Of a stretch of DNA of 64,000 bases, positions 12,189-26,526 are shown piece by piece. Under the pieces are notes generated by a model, which was not told the origin of the DNA, did not search any database, and saw only the letters and a program-made list of their open reading frames with translations. How positions within the stretch are numbered: the stretch's first letter is position 1; every line of letters begins with the position of its first letter. This stretch comes from Lytechinus pictus. Its lineage: Eukaryota. Both the position numbers and the translations under genes were made by a program. Location of the stretch: assembly GCF_037042905.1 (NCBI RefSeq), contig NC_087251.1:38442001-38506000 (forward strand). Reading direction: 5' to 3'.

Positions 12189-15100
12189 TAGTTAAAGTGA
12201 AATTTGGAGTGATTGCTAAGACCCCTTTAAGGTTAATTCAGAATGATCAGTGTCCTGGACTAAGGTCAGATCCCCAGGGTAGCTGTCCAGTCAGGCTGGA
12301 TAGGGGTGCTTTTCAGTATCCCCGATGGCTCCCCATTCCCATGTTTAGATCTCCGTGAAGATTTATGAATAGATTTCATCCTATTTAGTAGGATTTTAAG
12401 GGGAAAGTGGTACTAACTAGCATTTTCCCCTTAGAAATATATTTTTTTAACTTTAAAGAATTATTGTTTTGGTATGTTTTTAAAAAAATTTAAAGAAAAA
12501 TAGGATTTCAGGATTGAAATTTGAAAATAGGATTTTTTCACAGTTAAGGTTTGCAGCTCTTAAGGATGCAGTCCTGTTTCTTGGAACCAGCAAACCCACT
12601 TTCTGCGATTATTGCAGTGCTTGAAAGACATGCTGTCACAGTCATAAAGACATGATTCCCGACCCCGTCCCGACTGTATTGAAGTTTCGAAAACAGTGTG
12701 TAAGGTGAGCTTTACAAGCACCACAGACATAGCTCTTTATCACCTCAGGATGGCAGAATGTTCTGTACATTGTTGAGCGAAAAAATTCTTAATTTACAGG
12801 TCCATGAGAGATGATGAGACTACAATTCTCTGAGACAGGTCACGGAAAATCATTGCCCTTAGAATTTCATTTTTAATACAAATATACTGTATAATTGGAT
12901 CTTGCAATTTTTGTTATCATTTAATGTTGATTTTCCCCCTCTTTTTATTTATAAAGATTATTACCCCCCCCCCCCTTCCTCTGGTAATGAACATAGATTT
13001 CTATTTTTTCTTTACAATGATGCAATAGTCAATACGATTAAAGTACTTGTAACAAGACAATAAAATATAACTACATTCTATGTTGATTATCATGAAAATA
13101 AAAATAAAAGCCAACAGAGATTAAACAAAAACAATGGAATGGATTGTCATATATAGCAAAACAGAACTCCCTTTTTAGAAATACTACCTCTGTAACAAAC
13201 AAAAAATTGAAATTTTGTTACTTCCTGTGAAGTGTCTTAAAATAGAAAATTTAAAAGTAATCTACTTTTAATTGATACTAGAATACATGGGTGAACAACA
13301 AATGCACTTAAATAAAACGGGGCTTCTCTCATATCTTGTTGTTATGCATGATGTAACTTAGTCTGATCTAGTTTGTCAGTTATCAAAGTAGATCACCTAG
13401 TTTTGGGGGGTGAAGAGAGGCTCAGACAGATAGGTGTTTGTTTTGAGGTGTATCTGATTGGTCTGGCTATTGATTCACGGGATAACACCCCCCCTATACT
13501 CACCCATTCAGATCCGTCTATTGTCAAAAGTTTATTTCGGTAACTTTTCCGTTGTTGTCTCCTACATGAGTGGTCAGGTCAATAATAGTCTGCACACTAA
13601 TTGTAGTTGAAATTGATACATGCGTGTGGGCCTGTGGGACTATTATTTTTAAATCATGTTCTTTGATCAGTTTCACATCAAGTACATTATTAGTTTTGAC
13701 CCGCAGGATAATTTCATGATTTTTGTGTCGATGATAGAGGAATAAAACAGTAAGATAAACTTTACATGTAAATTCAGTGCACTCCATGTTATTGCAACTA
13801 TGTCTTTGAAACAGACTATGACAAAGACTTCTATAAAGACTCATGCGTTCACCCACAAGTTGGTTTTCTCTTCTCCACCCCCTCCCATAGTCCCTTCTCC
13901 CCCCCCCCCACCCACCCTCATCGTTCATCATCTTGCTGTCTTTTGGGGGTTCCTCTTATACCCACTCCATGGTTTTATTACATCTCTTGTTTTTTAAATT
14001 ACCTAATTTATTATCTAAACTCAGGCCAGACATACATGAATTTTTGCCTTCTGATTTCCCCTATTGGGCAGTCATGGCTTTTGGTTTTGTTATAATTGCT
14101 GTACGAAAATGAGAAGATGATTCAAATGTTTAGAAATACAACTGAAAATGCTGATATAATATGAATACATAAAAGAAGTGTGGATGGGTACATGGAACTC
14201 TATGCAGAGCCGTTTTAAGAGGTTGAAAGCTTGGAAGATTGCATATCCTATAATTTTCCTTTTATTCACTGAACAACAAAAATAATTGCATTAAAAATGG
14301 TGTGAAAAAGATTGCAACTCATCTTCATGCAAATGTGCGATCATGTGTGTTACACTTCGTTTCATTCTTGAATTTCACGTCATTTTTCAGTGTTCTAAAT
14401 CACAGTGAAAGGTTGTATCACTATCGTTTCACTGAGATGATAATATAAGTTTATAATTTTGATATTTTTGGTAATTGTATTTAATAGATGGAGATAAAGA
14501 CCTATGATAATTGAAGATACAAATAATTTTCTTGTTACTACTTTTATAGCTGCTGCTGTTCAGCGTTTGTGATTGTCATATCTTGTAGAGGCTGTATGAT
14601 AATTTTTGTGATTAAGGAATTTCTTGTAATACCACTTGAAATATTTATTCTAATACTAACTTTTTGGTTTCCATTTTCCAAGATACTCACTGAATTGGTC
14701 TTATTTCTCACTGACTTGGTCTTACCTTATATACAAAAGTTTTGATAACTGAGCATGTGCAGTTGTAACGTAGTCTTCCTGGCCTTTCTTACTGGTCTCT
14801 TCTTCATGGGGTTGCACAGTTTTTATCCAAACAGGGGGCAGATGGCTCAAAGGCTTGGGTGTCTTCTAGGTTCTGAACAGCTAGGGGGCGAGAAGGAGGG
14901 TGAGAGGGGATAAAGAGAGTATTTAGATTAGTTACATATGTCGTGACACCTCTCTGCTCCTTTAAACATGTTGATTATCTATGCGGATTCCGAATGTGTA
15001 CCAAGAATATCCAGCCACACTTCCATGAATATAGACCCACATAGAGTTTGCAAACTTTAGCTGCTTGATCTTTTGCACTTCTCTGTATCAAACTGCTGTG

Positions 15101-16420
15101 TACTGTAGGGCCTACAAGATTCTGTGACTTGTTACATTCTTGTATATTTTTTTGAAATATGTTTGTTCAGAATTTTAAATTAGGAAATATGAATTAACTA
15201 GATTTTACAAAAGCGGTAACAGCATGGATGTAGGAAGGTTAAATTACTAACCAAACCATGTTTTTATCTCCTTGCATGCTGAATCAATTTTTTAAAGGAT
15301 GATAAAGACCATTCTTTTGATATTTTATTTCTTGTTTATTTCCTTGTTTCACCAGATTATTCAAATTAATTTGTAAGATGTTATTGAAGAATTATAGGCT
15401 TCCTAAGCTTCACTGGCATACAAAGATGAAAGAAAAAAAGTAAAAGGCCATATAGTTTGAAAAATTCACATGTATATAAAAGTTTGATGGAAACTAGACA
15501 TGGATGTCAAAAAGAAGTATTAACAGGTGCGATTAGCCTACATGTACATAATGGCAGTAATGTTAACTGCGTTCATAGCACCATTAGTTAGGCAAAAGAA
15601 TTTAACAGTTCGTAAGAAAAACAAATGAAGGACATTTCGAGACAGTACACCCAGTGCCAGTGCAAGAAGCTAGGTTCTAGAGTTAGAAGTGGACACTCCA
15701 AGGGCTACCAAACTGTAGTTACTGCATGCTATTCAAATGTACCCACTAATACACAACTAACTCCTTAACCTACAAAGAAACTAAATCAATATGGCTTATT
15801 AGGAAAGGAGATTTATGCTCCATCCGAAACATACCAATTGAATTAGACCCGACACCCCCCCCCCCTCTCTCTCTTTCTAGAGCTGAGTTTGACTGCTTGT
15901 ATCCTGTTAGGAGTCTTTGGACACTGATCTCATCTTGTGGCTGATTGTCATTGTTTACCCTTTTTGCCCTAAAGTAGGTCACTTTTTTGTTTGTTGCATG
16001 AATTGGTCACTCATGGTCAAGCCCTACAGAGCAGGTGATAGGTTGGTTTATCGATGAGTTGCACTTGTTTGCTTCCTTTCAATCATGGACTAGGAGGGTC
16101 CATGTGTCAATGGACAGTTATAAGTTTATATCACACATTCATGGGATCCACTTTGCCGTCGTCGCCTGCCACGAACTTTGAGTACGAACCCGACAGTTGC
16201 CTGGAATCATACATTGATGAGATATATCTGATAGTGGTATTATTTGTGTGAGTTGGCACAGTGCACTCATGATTTTTGTTCCGATTTGGGAATGGCTGAA
16301 TCGAGGTGATCTACATAACATGATTTCTACGACTGGGCTGCTGCTGTGGTATCGCCATTTGGAGCTCAGTACGCAAGGAATTTTGTTGAGCAAGTGAGAA
16401 CTGATGTTGATGCGTTCTAC

Positions 16421-16515
16421 ATGCCTTCGTACAAGGTATACAAAGGGAACCATGGGACGAGCAGGACCCATGGTGCCTTGCAGTCGGACCAGGACATTCC
16501 TTTCTTCAGTCAGAT
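16421..16515 (+). CDS. Candidate alternative first coding exon (MPSYKVYKGNHGTSRTHGALQSDQDIPFFSQ-M)
   Basis: ATG at 16421 in a locally GC-richer, non-repetitive island. The 95 nt end at AT|gtatgt, a phase-2 donor that would join in frame to 31308. Confidence 0.3.
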
Positions 16516-19504
16516 GTATGTATAAATGCTTCATCCATCCTACACGAAGCAATAACATATTCAACTTTTTTTTCATTATGTAGTTGGAGAGTTTTAAGCA
16601 TATTTACATATTTCATTTTCATGTTATGTATTTCCACCATATGAGAAAAATTACAGTTTTCACATCTCAAAATCATGAATAATACAATCCTAATTCCTTT
16701 AAAGTATAACAATTCAATATCAGAGTAATTGAAAGATTTTTGATATAATGATGTAACTTAACCGCTGTGCTGTGCATTTTGATAAGAGGTAGAAAAATCA
16801 AAGAAGTTTATAAGAAATACAGGCTAAAAGTGAAAATTTAATGGAAAATGGATGAGGAGTAAAATGTCGAGAATTATGAATATTTCAAGTTTTATTTTAA
16901 GGCCTATGTGATGCTTGACCATCTCCCCCCTGCACTGGTCGTTGACATTCTCATGATGAATTAATATATGCGCATAATTCTTCTTGGTTGAAGCATGGTC
17001 TGCGCAGCCTCCGGCAGACTGGGAGTGAGTTAAATAACAAACCGTGTAGTGATGAGGTCTCCTTGTGCCTAATCGCCGAGAGGGCAGCTTTACCGAACTT
17101 TTTTTTTGGCAAGAAATTGAAAAGTGTAATTTGAGGAGCAGTAAGAAGGAAAGAAGGGGTTGTAGAAATTATCTGTCTGAGTAATGGTAGTTGCAAGTTG
17201 AAGGAGAAGGGTCAAGGATGGCCGTGACGTTCCGCCCCCTCGGGGCCCTCTTTTTATCACCACCTTCTTCGCTTTCCCTTCCTTTAGTTTAAATCGTATT
17301 ATTGCCGCTCTGTGCCTTGCATGTATGCATGGGGAGATGTAATGTGGGCATCAATGCATTTATTATTTTGAGGTTATCATTGTTCTGCTGTCTAATGTGT
17401 TAGGCCTACGTTTGCGCTGATCATATGTTCATAAGTTTAGGCTGTTGTCTTTTGTTCTTTTTGTATATATTAAAAAAAATCTTATGTGCAGTTTAGTTGA
17501 AACCAGAACTAAAAGTACTTGATGGAGCAATAATGCTCACATGAAAGAGAGAGTTTCTTCAAATTTGTTTATATTGGCTTATATGTTACCTGAAATATAC
17601 ATATTGATTTTGATCTTTCGCCCATGTTTGGAATGAAGTCTGGTGTTAGGAGACTACACTTGCAGAGGTTATGCAACATCCATGAAAAGGGAGACTACCC
17701 CCTACTGTGCATAGGAGCATATGTTAATTATTGTTTTAGTTGTAGACATATCTGTCTAGACAGTTAATCAGTGGATACAACATCATATTCCTGGAAACAA
17801 TAATATTCAGCTGGTGCTGCATGGGTACAGGGAACAAAGAGAGTATATAATCAGGGAGCTACTATAGTAGTTATTATAGTCAGATAGTATAATCAAGGAG
17901 CTTCAAACAAAATCAGGGAGTGGGGAGTATACTCCAGCACCCCCCCCCCCCACCTTACAGAGAGTTAGGATTGATCCAATCAACCTAAACTCTATGAAAA
18001 GAAAATCCAACAATGTCGTATTCTTTCCTCCAGGACGATGAATGTATGATTGTACAGCATATCTTGAAAATATTTTGAACAAACATCTATTTTAGATTGA
18101 CATTGCTGGCTTTCCATATTTGTGGTTGATCGGATCAATCGTAACTCTGTGTATTAAAGACGGGACCCTGGTATTAATTAAAGCAGGCCTAAATGGTTAC
18201 TTCTACAGAACAGCTTCTATTGATGTTGGCCCCTATATTCTACCCACTGAGCAGGTCTACAGCTTTGGAGGTAGTGAACCTCTCTATTCTTGTTACCATG
18301 GCAACATAAGGTCATGCCATCATAATTTGGTACTTTTCATTGGTCCCATGGATAGCCGACTTCCAATGAAATATGTAGAGGTAGACAGACTCAAAGTTGG
18401 TTGGATGACAATTTGTCCCTTTCTCCATTCAATGTATGATACATACATGTAGGCCCAATTCCAAGTTCAAGACTTATGATAGACTATCAAGAGGTGTTCA
18501 CTGATAGTCTCAACTAGTAATATGTATTGCTGCATGATTATAATTCTTTTTTTTTTGTATTTGATATCATTAGTTATAAAAGCGACTTATATCCCTCATG
18601 AATATTGTCAATCAATGATAAAATATAGGTGCTAATTATGTTGTGTTCAACTTGGACCGGGATAAAGAAGAGAAACATTCGATGGCAAAATTTTGGGAGA
18701 CATTAATACCACATTTCTTCTGCTCTGGTGTAATCATGTAATGGGGAGGGTTTCTTACACTTATCATTATCAATTTGAAGCAGTTTTCTCGTCTGAAACT
18801 TTGATTCCCTTTTTAAAATAATATTGTGAGAGGTGATCGTGTAATTATAAAACCTGACATTGTTTACTAATTGAAGCTTCACTGTCATCATCGACATTAT
18901 TTATCTTTTTACAATCTTCTCGTTGATTGCAAGTAGCATTATATCTTTGCCTTAAACTGTTTGGTTGCTTTATATTCCATCCCTATAACGGAACAAACAA
19001 AAAACACCAACATGCATATTATTATTTTTTATAATGAAGCCTTAGGATAACACCTTTGTACAGTAATAACTAAGAGAGGCAGAGGTAGCTCCACTATAAA
19101 TATGGTATCATAAGGAGATGTATATATTACACAGCTAGCATATACGTCTGGAATAGCAATTAGCACGATCTTTCGGGATTAATTAATACTTTCTTTTGGT
19201 GCAGTAGAAGACAGATTTCCCAGTGGCAAGGGGAGCCAGGGATGTGTATTAACACCATAGCCAATTGACACTCGGTGTAGAAAAAAAAGGGGAAATTTTA
19301 TATTATCGTATGCAATGATGTGTGGAAGTACCCATGCCTAACTGCTTTATCTAATAGGGGGGATGGAGGTGTGCAAATGTCATTATGACAAGATTAGGCA
19401 TTTATGGGACTATCGTGGCTGAACTAATGCATCCCATCTTGTACTTAACTTGATACTCGACATAAGATCCAATATGCATATCAGCGTACATGATCATAAC
19501 TAAG

Positions 19505-19786
19505 TAATAATAATAATAAAAGGCATTATAGTGCCATCAATCTAGAAATATTCTATTCCGAGGCACGTTGTTGTTATTATTATTACCTCGGCTTTAGCAC
19601 GAGCTGCCTTTCAGCTCATGCATTCAAGGAATTAATCCTGCCGGGTACCCATTCACTTCACCTGGATTGAGTGCAGCACAATGTGGATAAATTTCTTGCT
19701 GAAGGAAACTACGCCATGGCTGGGATTTAAACCACGAACCCTCTGTATCGAAGTCAGAAGACTAATCCACTGGGCCACAACGCTTC
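19505..19786 (-). mobile_element. tRNA-derived SINE
   Basis: Reverse complement reads gaagcgttgtggcccagtggattagtc (A box), ggtttaaatccc (B box), core atccaggtgaagtgaatgggtacc and a (TTA)n tail. Homologous to 30019-30331. Confidence 0.85.
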
Positions 19787-20358
19787 ACATAACTAAACAA
19801 TTGCTTGTTGTATAAAAGAATCACTTCCCCCACCTCTTCTTGAAGTTGAGTATATTTTGATTAAAGCAGAAAAAGGAGAAAAGCATTTGAATTTTCATTG
19901 GGAAAATGCATTGTTAAGTAATGGTGTTGTGAATTTCAGAGTTTTAATGTTGTGACATCACATGTGAGCAGTTCTTGATGTCAAAATTGTAATATGAATT
20001 CTATAAAGTCCCTTTTTTTCTCATAAAATTGAAGTAATTTACTTACAGGTGTATTTAATACATATTGATTTTATTTAGTGTATGCTTTTTATTTACAATC
20101 TAAATCCTATCTTCCATTCACCAATTTTGTTATTGTAATTTGTTTTTCATTTTTATTAATATGTATAAGGTTTGAATTGAAATGAAAATAAAAGTCTAGA
20201 AAAGTCTGGAATCTGTAAAAAAATATATTCAATTGCCTTAAGCCATTGAAGTTGACATACAGGGGTAACTGATCATAGATCTGTGTTATGAAATAAAAAC
20301 TGTGGGACTATAGCTCTATACAATGCATGTATCAGTTTCTACTTCAGACTGAAACTTG

Positions 20359-20760
20359 TTTAAAGGAAAAAGATAGAAGTTGCAGTGAACAATTATTTCA
20401 TGAGAAAGTCTTTGAAATCAAGATTAATTGTCACCGTATTATCATATATTTACATCTGGTACATTTATGTAAACTTATCTTTGTGAAATCATGAAATCTT
20501 GCTGCTTAAAACCAATAATTCTGATAACTAACACAGAAAGGCATATGTGGCACAGTGTATTAATATTGATCGGAAAAATACCCAACATTTGATGGAATTC
20601 CGTGCTTATTTTGCTCATTTCTCAGCAATTACACATTTTCTTCCAGTGCCACTTGGCACATATTTTTTTATTCAAAGATACAAACACTTAAGTGGTAAAT
20701 TTATTGGATTCTCTTCGGACTCATTTTGAGATCATTACCACAACTGGTATTTATTTTTAA
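20359..20760. mobile_element. Degenerate TIR element with TTAA ends
   Basis: ttaaaggaaaaagatagaagttgcagt ... accacaactggtatttatttttaa imperfect inverted ends. Confidence 0.5.
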
Positions 20761-21554
20761 TCTATATAATCACAACATGTAAAAATATTAGACGTGCAAT
20801 ATCATGGAGATGAAAGTCTTATAGAGCATAGGAATGAATTCAGAAATAGGACTGGGAAAGTTAATTGTGTACTGGGTAAAATTTACATGGGGGGATTGCT
20901 TGGAACAATTATCCCCCAAATGCTCCCAAGAGCCCAAGAACATTTGAAATAGAGACACAGAATTTCCCATAGAATCCAACCAATGCAAATTATAATACAA
21001 TTAATGTAGGAATCTTTGGCTAATGAGCTCAAAAATATTAGCGCCAGTATTTTTTTTTCTGTATACTGATATGAAATTTATGATGATGTAACAAACGTTT
21101 CCACCATTAAATCTTTATATGTGGTAATTAAATCAATTGAATTGTAATTGTGTGAAACATCATTCAGTTAAATGTAATATGTTAATGATCTTCGACATTC
21201 CGGGACGTACATGTAGGCTACACTCCCATGACCTAAATACGCAGTAAAATCAATATCAATATTAGAACGTGGTGTACACCATCGCACACAAAACATATCA
21301 AATCAATACTTGCATTCATCTTCATAAAAATTGATGTAATCATTGTTTTAGAAGAAGAGAAGAAGAGAAATCAATGAAATAGATTGTCACATATTGGGTC
21401 AAATGTGTCCTAACCTATTTTACTTTATGATAATTTTTATGTATGTGTAGGAGTGTTTGAAATGTTTTCCTGTCTGATTGTAATTACTTGCTAATGATAT
21501 GTATTTTTAGAACTCCATGATCTGTGAAGCTATAGAAAATCCTTTTCTAGGTTG

Positions 21555-21960
21555 TTAAATGTTAAGTCCAACCCAGCAAAAAGTTGATATCAGATAAAAA
21601 GATGAAAACTTAAATAAGTATAGTAGTAAAAATGTCATCAAAATTGGATGTAAAATGAGAAAGTTACAATATTTTAAAATTTTGCTTAATTTCATAAAAA
21701 GGTTATATGCGCATCTTTGTATTGCCAGTAAGGGAACCGCTGACATCCATTCACTATTTCTTTTTTTTAAATGAAATATAGAATATTGAAATATTTTCCT
21801 CAAATATGTTGGTTCCTCCCAGAATATGTGGCATTGTCATTGTGAAAGCTATTGTGATTCAATGAACAGTCTCCTTATTGACAGATCTGCAAAATTTGAG
21901 ATATTCTTTAATTCATATAATAAAATACAAAAGAATAGTTAGTGTATGACATCATCGCAG
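21555..21960. mobile_element. Truncated copy of the 11.6 kb TIR element
   Basis: ttaaatgttaagtccaacccagcaaaaagttgat...catcaaaattggatgtaaaatgagaaagtt is collinear with 11580-11990. The right half is replaced by a tandem array. Confidence 0.75.
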
Positions 21961-22620
21961 GGACAAATAAAAAAAAACATTGGGACTCGGGGCTATTTCA
22001 TCCCCCAGATCTGCAAAATTTGAGATATTCTGTAATTCATATAATAAAATACAAAAGAATATTTCGTGTGTGACATCATCGCAGGGACAAAAAAAAAACC
22101 CACTGGGGCTCGGGGCTATTTCATCCCCCAGATCTGCAAAATTTGAGATATTCTGTAATTCATATAATAAAATACAAAAGAATAGTTAGTGTATGACATC
22201 ATCGCAGGGACAAATAAAAAAAAACATTGGGACTCGGGGCTATTTCATCCCCCAGATCTGCAAAATTTGAGATATTCTGTAATTCATATAATAAAATACA
22301 AAAGAATAGTTAGTGTGTGACATCATCGCAGGGACAAAAAAAAACCACATTGGGACTCGGGGCTATTTCATCCCCCAGATCTGCAAAATTTGAGATATTC
22401 TGTAATTCATATAATGAAATACAAAAGAATAGTTAGTGTGTGACATCATCGCAGGGACAAAAAAAAACCACATTGGGACTCGGGGCTATTTCATCCCCCA
22501 GATCTGCAAAATTTGAGATATTCTGTAATTCATATAATAAAATACAAAAGAATAGTTAGTGTGTGACATCATCGCAGGGACAAAAAAAAACTCACTGGGG
22601 CTCGGGGTTATTTCATCCCC
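21882..22620. repeat. Minisatellite, 6 x ~123 bp
   Basis: Unit cagatctgcaaaatttgagatattc...cggggctatttcatcccc starts at ~21882, 22006, 22129, 22253, 22376 and 22499. Confidence 0.95.
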
Positions 22621-22826
22621 AATACGCCTTAAAGAGCCCTGGAAAAGTCCTATTCACTACAATGTTAACGATTATCCAATGATGTAGATTTATGCAATAG
22701 GTTTTGTAGCTCCCCAAGAAAATTATTTTTGGGCCTTCATCATTATGATCTCTATTTTTCATATAACTCAGTCAATACATAAAGTCGTGCATACTTTACG
22801 AACAGCGTTATGAAAATTGCCACCTG

Positions 22827-23313
22827 GTATACAAATGGCGAATAGGCTGCGATGGTGCGAGATTTCGCATGAGGTGAAAGAAAGATGCTCTATTCAACGA
22901 GGCATTAGCCGAGTTGAATAGAGTGTCTCTTTTTTTCACCAAATGCGAAATCTCGCATCATTGCACGAATAAGAATATTTGCTATTTTTGTTGTACAACG
23001 CCTCAGAGTTTAGCGAAAATATGAAAAAAACAAAGAGTTTTTCCCTGCAGTAATCTATGAAAAGGGAGCAAAAATATTGAAAGCGAAAAGCAAAATCCCA
23101 CAAGCGCATATGACCTCGGGCAGCATTGCACATTTAGCCAGTAGGCTATACGCGTATTTCACCTTCATTTATTACTGAGCGCAATGAATTGAATCATATT
23201 GTGACGTTACCTCCTAAAGCCGTGCGACGGTACATTTTGGATGGTATGTCGTATGTGCAACGTGCAGCCTCCCATTTGCTCGCGTATAACACGCTAAGTA
23301 GGCGTTGTACAAT
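22827..23313. mobile_element. Probable non-autonomous DNA element with internal ~95-bp hairpin
   Basis: tgcgagatttcgcat...ctctattcaac / gttgaatagag...atgcgaaatctcgca inverted pair at ~22857-22958. CpG-rich relative to flanks and ends in ttgtacaata. Confidence 0.55.
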
Positions 23314-23949
23314 ACAGGTTGGTGTTTCATTTTAAGCTGTTCATAAGTTGCAAACGAAACACCCACCAGACTCCAGAGGAATATATGCTTCATGGTCCTA
23401 CTCTGGATCAAGGCAGTACTGATCGATTGGTGAAGAAATGAGACTGTGAGCAGGGTTTCATGGGGCATTGCAACAAACTTACAATCAATCGCAAATCTAT
23501 TTGCAATCATACTCATACATCTTGCAAGTGATTACTGATTCGCTTCTGGAAACACAGAATGTCGTCTGATTTGCTACAGCCAAAATTGATCTATCAAGAG
23601 TAAATTTGCAACAGAAATGTACGCCTTGCAATTCATTGCTGTTCCGCTTCTGGCAACACGGATTGAAAACTGATGTGTTAAAGCTGAAAATGATCAATCA
23701 ATTAAATTTGCAATAGAAATTTAGGATTGATTGCAAATATTTTCTTGCAAAACTCCTTTAAGACTTTCTCCTGGTATGTCATGTGCCATCAGTGTCTTAC
23801 GGTGCTCTCGTTTGGCATTGAGATCAAGATCGTGATGTGGAGGAAAGAAAGCAGAATGATCATGTTCTGTTATCCTCATCACCAGGAAACAGGATTTCAC
23901 ACCCAGTTTTTTTAGATGACATTACTTTAACATGAGCATGGTATATACA

Positions 23950-25075
23950 TCACTATTGTACAAGATATTAAAGAAGAATATTAGATTGTGTGAAGAAGGA
24001 TGCGGCGTTGATGTATATTTAGCATGAACTGGTGAATTATTTGGGTATTTATCAGGCACAAAGAATACCAAAACACTTGATGTAATAAATGAAGAAATTA
24101 AATAACCCCACAAGCAAGGATTTTCGAGAAGAATATTAGATTGTATAAAGGAAAAGTATTGATGTATATTGAGCATGAACGAGTAGACTGAAATGTATAC
24201 ATGTATAATTGTATTGGTATTGACATCAGGCATAAAGAAACCTCAAACATTTTTAGTCATGAAGAAATTAAATAAACAAACAAGCAAGAATATCAAAGAA
24301 GAATATTAGATTGTGTAAAAGAGAAGCATTGATATATATTGAGCATGAATGAGTAGACCGAAATGTATATTCATCATCTTGTACATGGTAAATTGTATTG
24401 GTATTTACATCAGGCACAAAGGAACCCCAAACACTTTTAGTTTTGATGAAATTAAATAAACGAACAAGCAAGAATATCAAATACCCTTTTTACACACGCT
24501 AAAATTTCCTTAACCCCGTACTATAGGTGGGGCTAAATTGCCATTTAGCCCCACCTATAGTACGGGGTTAAGCTTAGCCCACTTTCTTTTTACACAGCAT
24601 TTTTGCAAAGTGGGCTAACCCCACCTTTAGTACGGGATTATTTGGCCCTGCAAAAAAGCAGGGTTATCCCAGCAATTGCGGTGCTAAGAGCGATAGTACG
24701 GGGTTAAGATCGCTAGTGTAAAACGAAAGTGGGCTAAGCTTAACCCCGTACTATAGGTGGGGCTAAATGGCAATTTAGCCCCACCTATAGTACGGGGTTA
24801 AGGAAATTTTAGCGTGTGTAAAAAGGTACGAGTGAAGTACTTGTACTACGAATGATCGACAAAAACCACTAGTCCGGGGTTAGCGAGTTTCGTGTGTGAA
24901 AAGCAAGCATTCCTTATCCGGGGTTAGCGATAACAATTTGGCATGTGTGAAAAGGAAAAAAAATAGTACGGGGTTAAGGATAGTACGGGGTTAGCGATAG
25001 TCCGGGGTTAAGAAAATCCTGTGTAAAAAGGGTAAAAGAAGAATACATTGTGTAAAGGAGAAGTATTGAGCTTGA
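23950..25075. repeat. Degenerate tandem repeat (~165-185 bp unit, 3+ copies) interrupted by a MITE
   Basis: aagaagaatattagattgt...tcaggcacaaagaa...aaattaaataa recurs at ~23970, 24127 and 24297, and resumes at 25035. Confidence 0.8.
24482..25034. mobile_element. Young MITE with nested palindromes, TSD AAA
   Basis: taccctttttacac ... gtgtaaaaagggta. Removing it and one aaa restores the host repeat aagaatatcaaagaagaata. Confidence 0.9.
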
Positions 25076-25184
25076 GCAACTAGACAATAAGTTACATTTA
25101 ACATCTTATTTTGGTGAATTTTCTTTATAGTGTTTACATTTGGCACAAAATCCAAACAATTGATGTTATAAAGGAATTATATAA

Positions 25185-25540
<356 letters not shown>

Positions 25541-25979
25541 AGCTTTGGATATGAAAACACAGGCTTGTAAAATATTCATAATCAATTTTGCATTCCACTG
25601 CAACATTTCATGTTTTGCTGACAAGAAATGTAACAAGAAACTACTTCAGAAATAGGTCATGTACTATTTAAAAGAGTGGCTTAACCAAATCTGTTGTTAT
25701 GATAATCATTCTTCATTAGGCAGATAGTTAAATCTAGGTCAATATGCTCTTTTCTTTCTGTGAAAAATACCAGTTGAAAACTTGAAATGTTCTCTGTGAT
25801 GACACAGACGAATGGTGCTCTACTTTTAACGAAAGCCAATGACCAGTGTACATGCGTGAGTTAGACTCACCTTGATCTACTTTGTACAGGCAGGAATAGG
25901 CTGGCTATAGTCTAGGCCACACCCCTTCATTACTCTAGATCATATTAAACTCATGTTCGTTGTAAACATGAGGGTGCCT

Positions 25980-26045
25980 GGCCACTCAGCCAGGCGCTCT
26001 GATTGGCCAGGAGTTGAGCGGTCAGCTCATTCGTGTATTAAATGA
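25980..26045 (+). promoter_or_regulatory. Candidate proximal promoter (inverted CCAAT box plus TATA-like element)
   Basis: GC-richer patch with ctgATTGGcc at ~26002 and TATTAAAT at ~26036, about 480 nt upstream of the ATG at 26519. Confidence 0.3.
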
Positions 26046-26518
26046 ATGTTGCCTGGGCATTGTCCTTGAGGGGCTTTTCATCGCTCCAGACCAGTCTCGC
26101 CCAGTCGCACACACAAATGTACACACATACATTGATGTGCAACCTATTCATGCATGTGTGCGTTGTTTTTTTTTATTTTCTTTTTTATTAAAATAACTGG
26201 CCCTTCCTCAGCAGGCAGAAGAATGGTGCATTGATTATGTATGCTCGGAGGAGAGTTACTGCGTGTGTGTGTGTGTGTGGAGCTTGGGAGCATTATGTCA
26301 TTTTGTGTGGTCAGTTGTTGAAATATTATACTGGCTTGAGTGGAACTAGTAATAACCTGAATGTTTCTTCCTGCGTCCGCCATGTTTCTGCCGTGATGGT
26401 CATGTGAATAGGAGAAGTGGGCCGGAGAACTTTTTCACACTTTCCTTGCTGTTTGGAATTTATTGACTTTACTACTTCCACTTGTTCATGCTGCTGATGT
26501 AAGAGTTTATAGTCCAAA

Positions 26519-26526
26519 ATGATCAG
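26519..26526 (+). CDS. Candidate first coding exon end (Met-Ile-Arg, split codon)
   Basis: aaaATGATCAG|gtaaat: A at -3, good donor, phase 2. Gives MIR-AERSRHAAK when joined to 31308. Confidence 0.55.

Noticed and set aside
16139..16576. 145-aa minus-strand ORF
   Set aside because: It has no recognisable domain or splice partners and is explained by the locally higher GC.
21882..22620. CRISPR-like regular array
   Set aside because: Whole units repeat with no unique spacers, the context is a eukaryotic intron and there are no cas genes.
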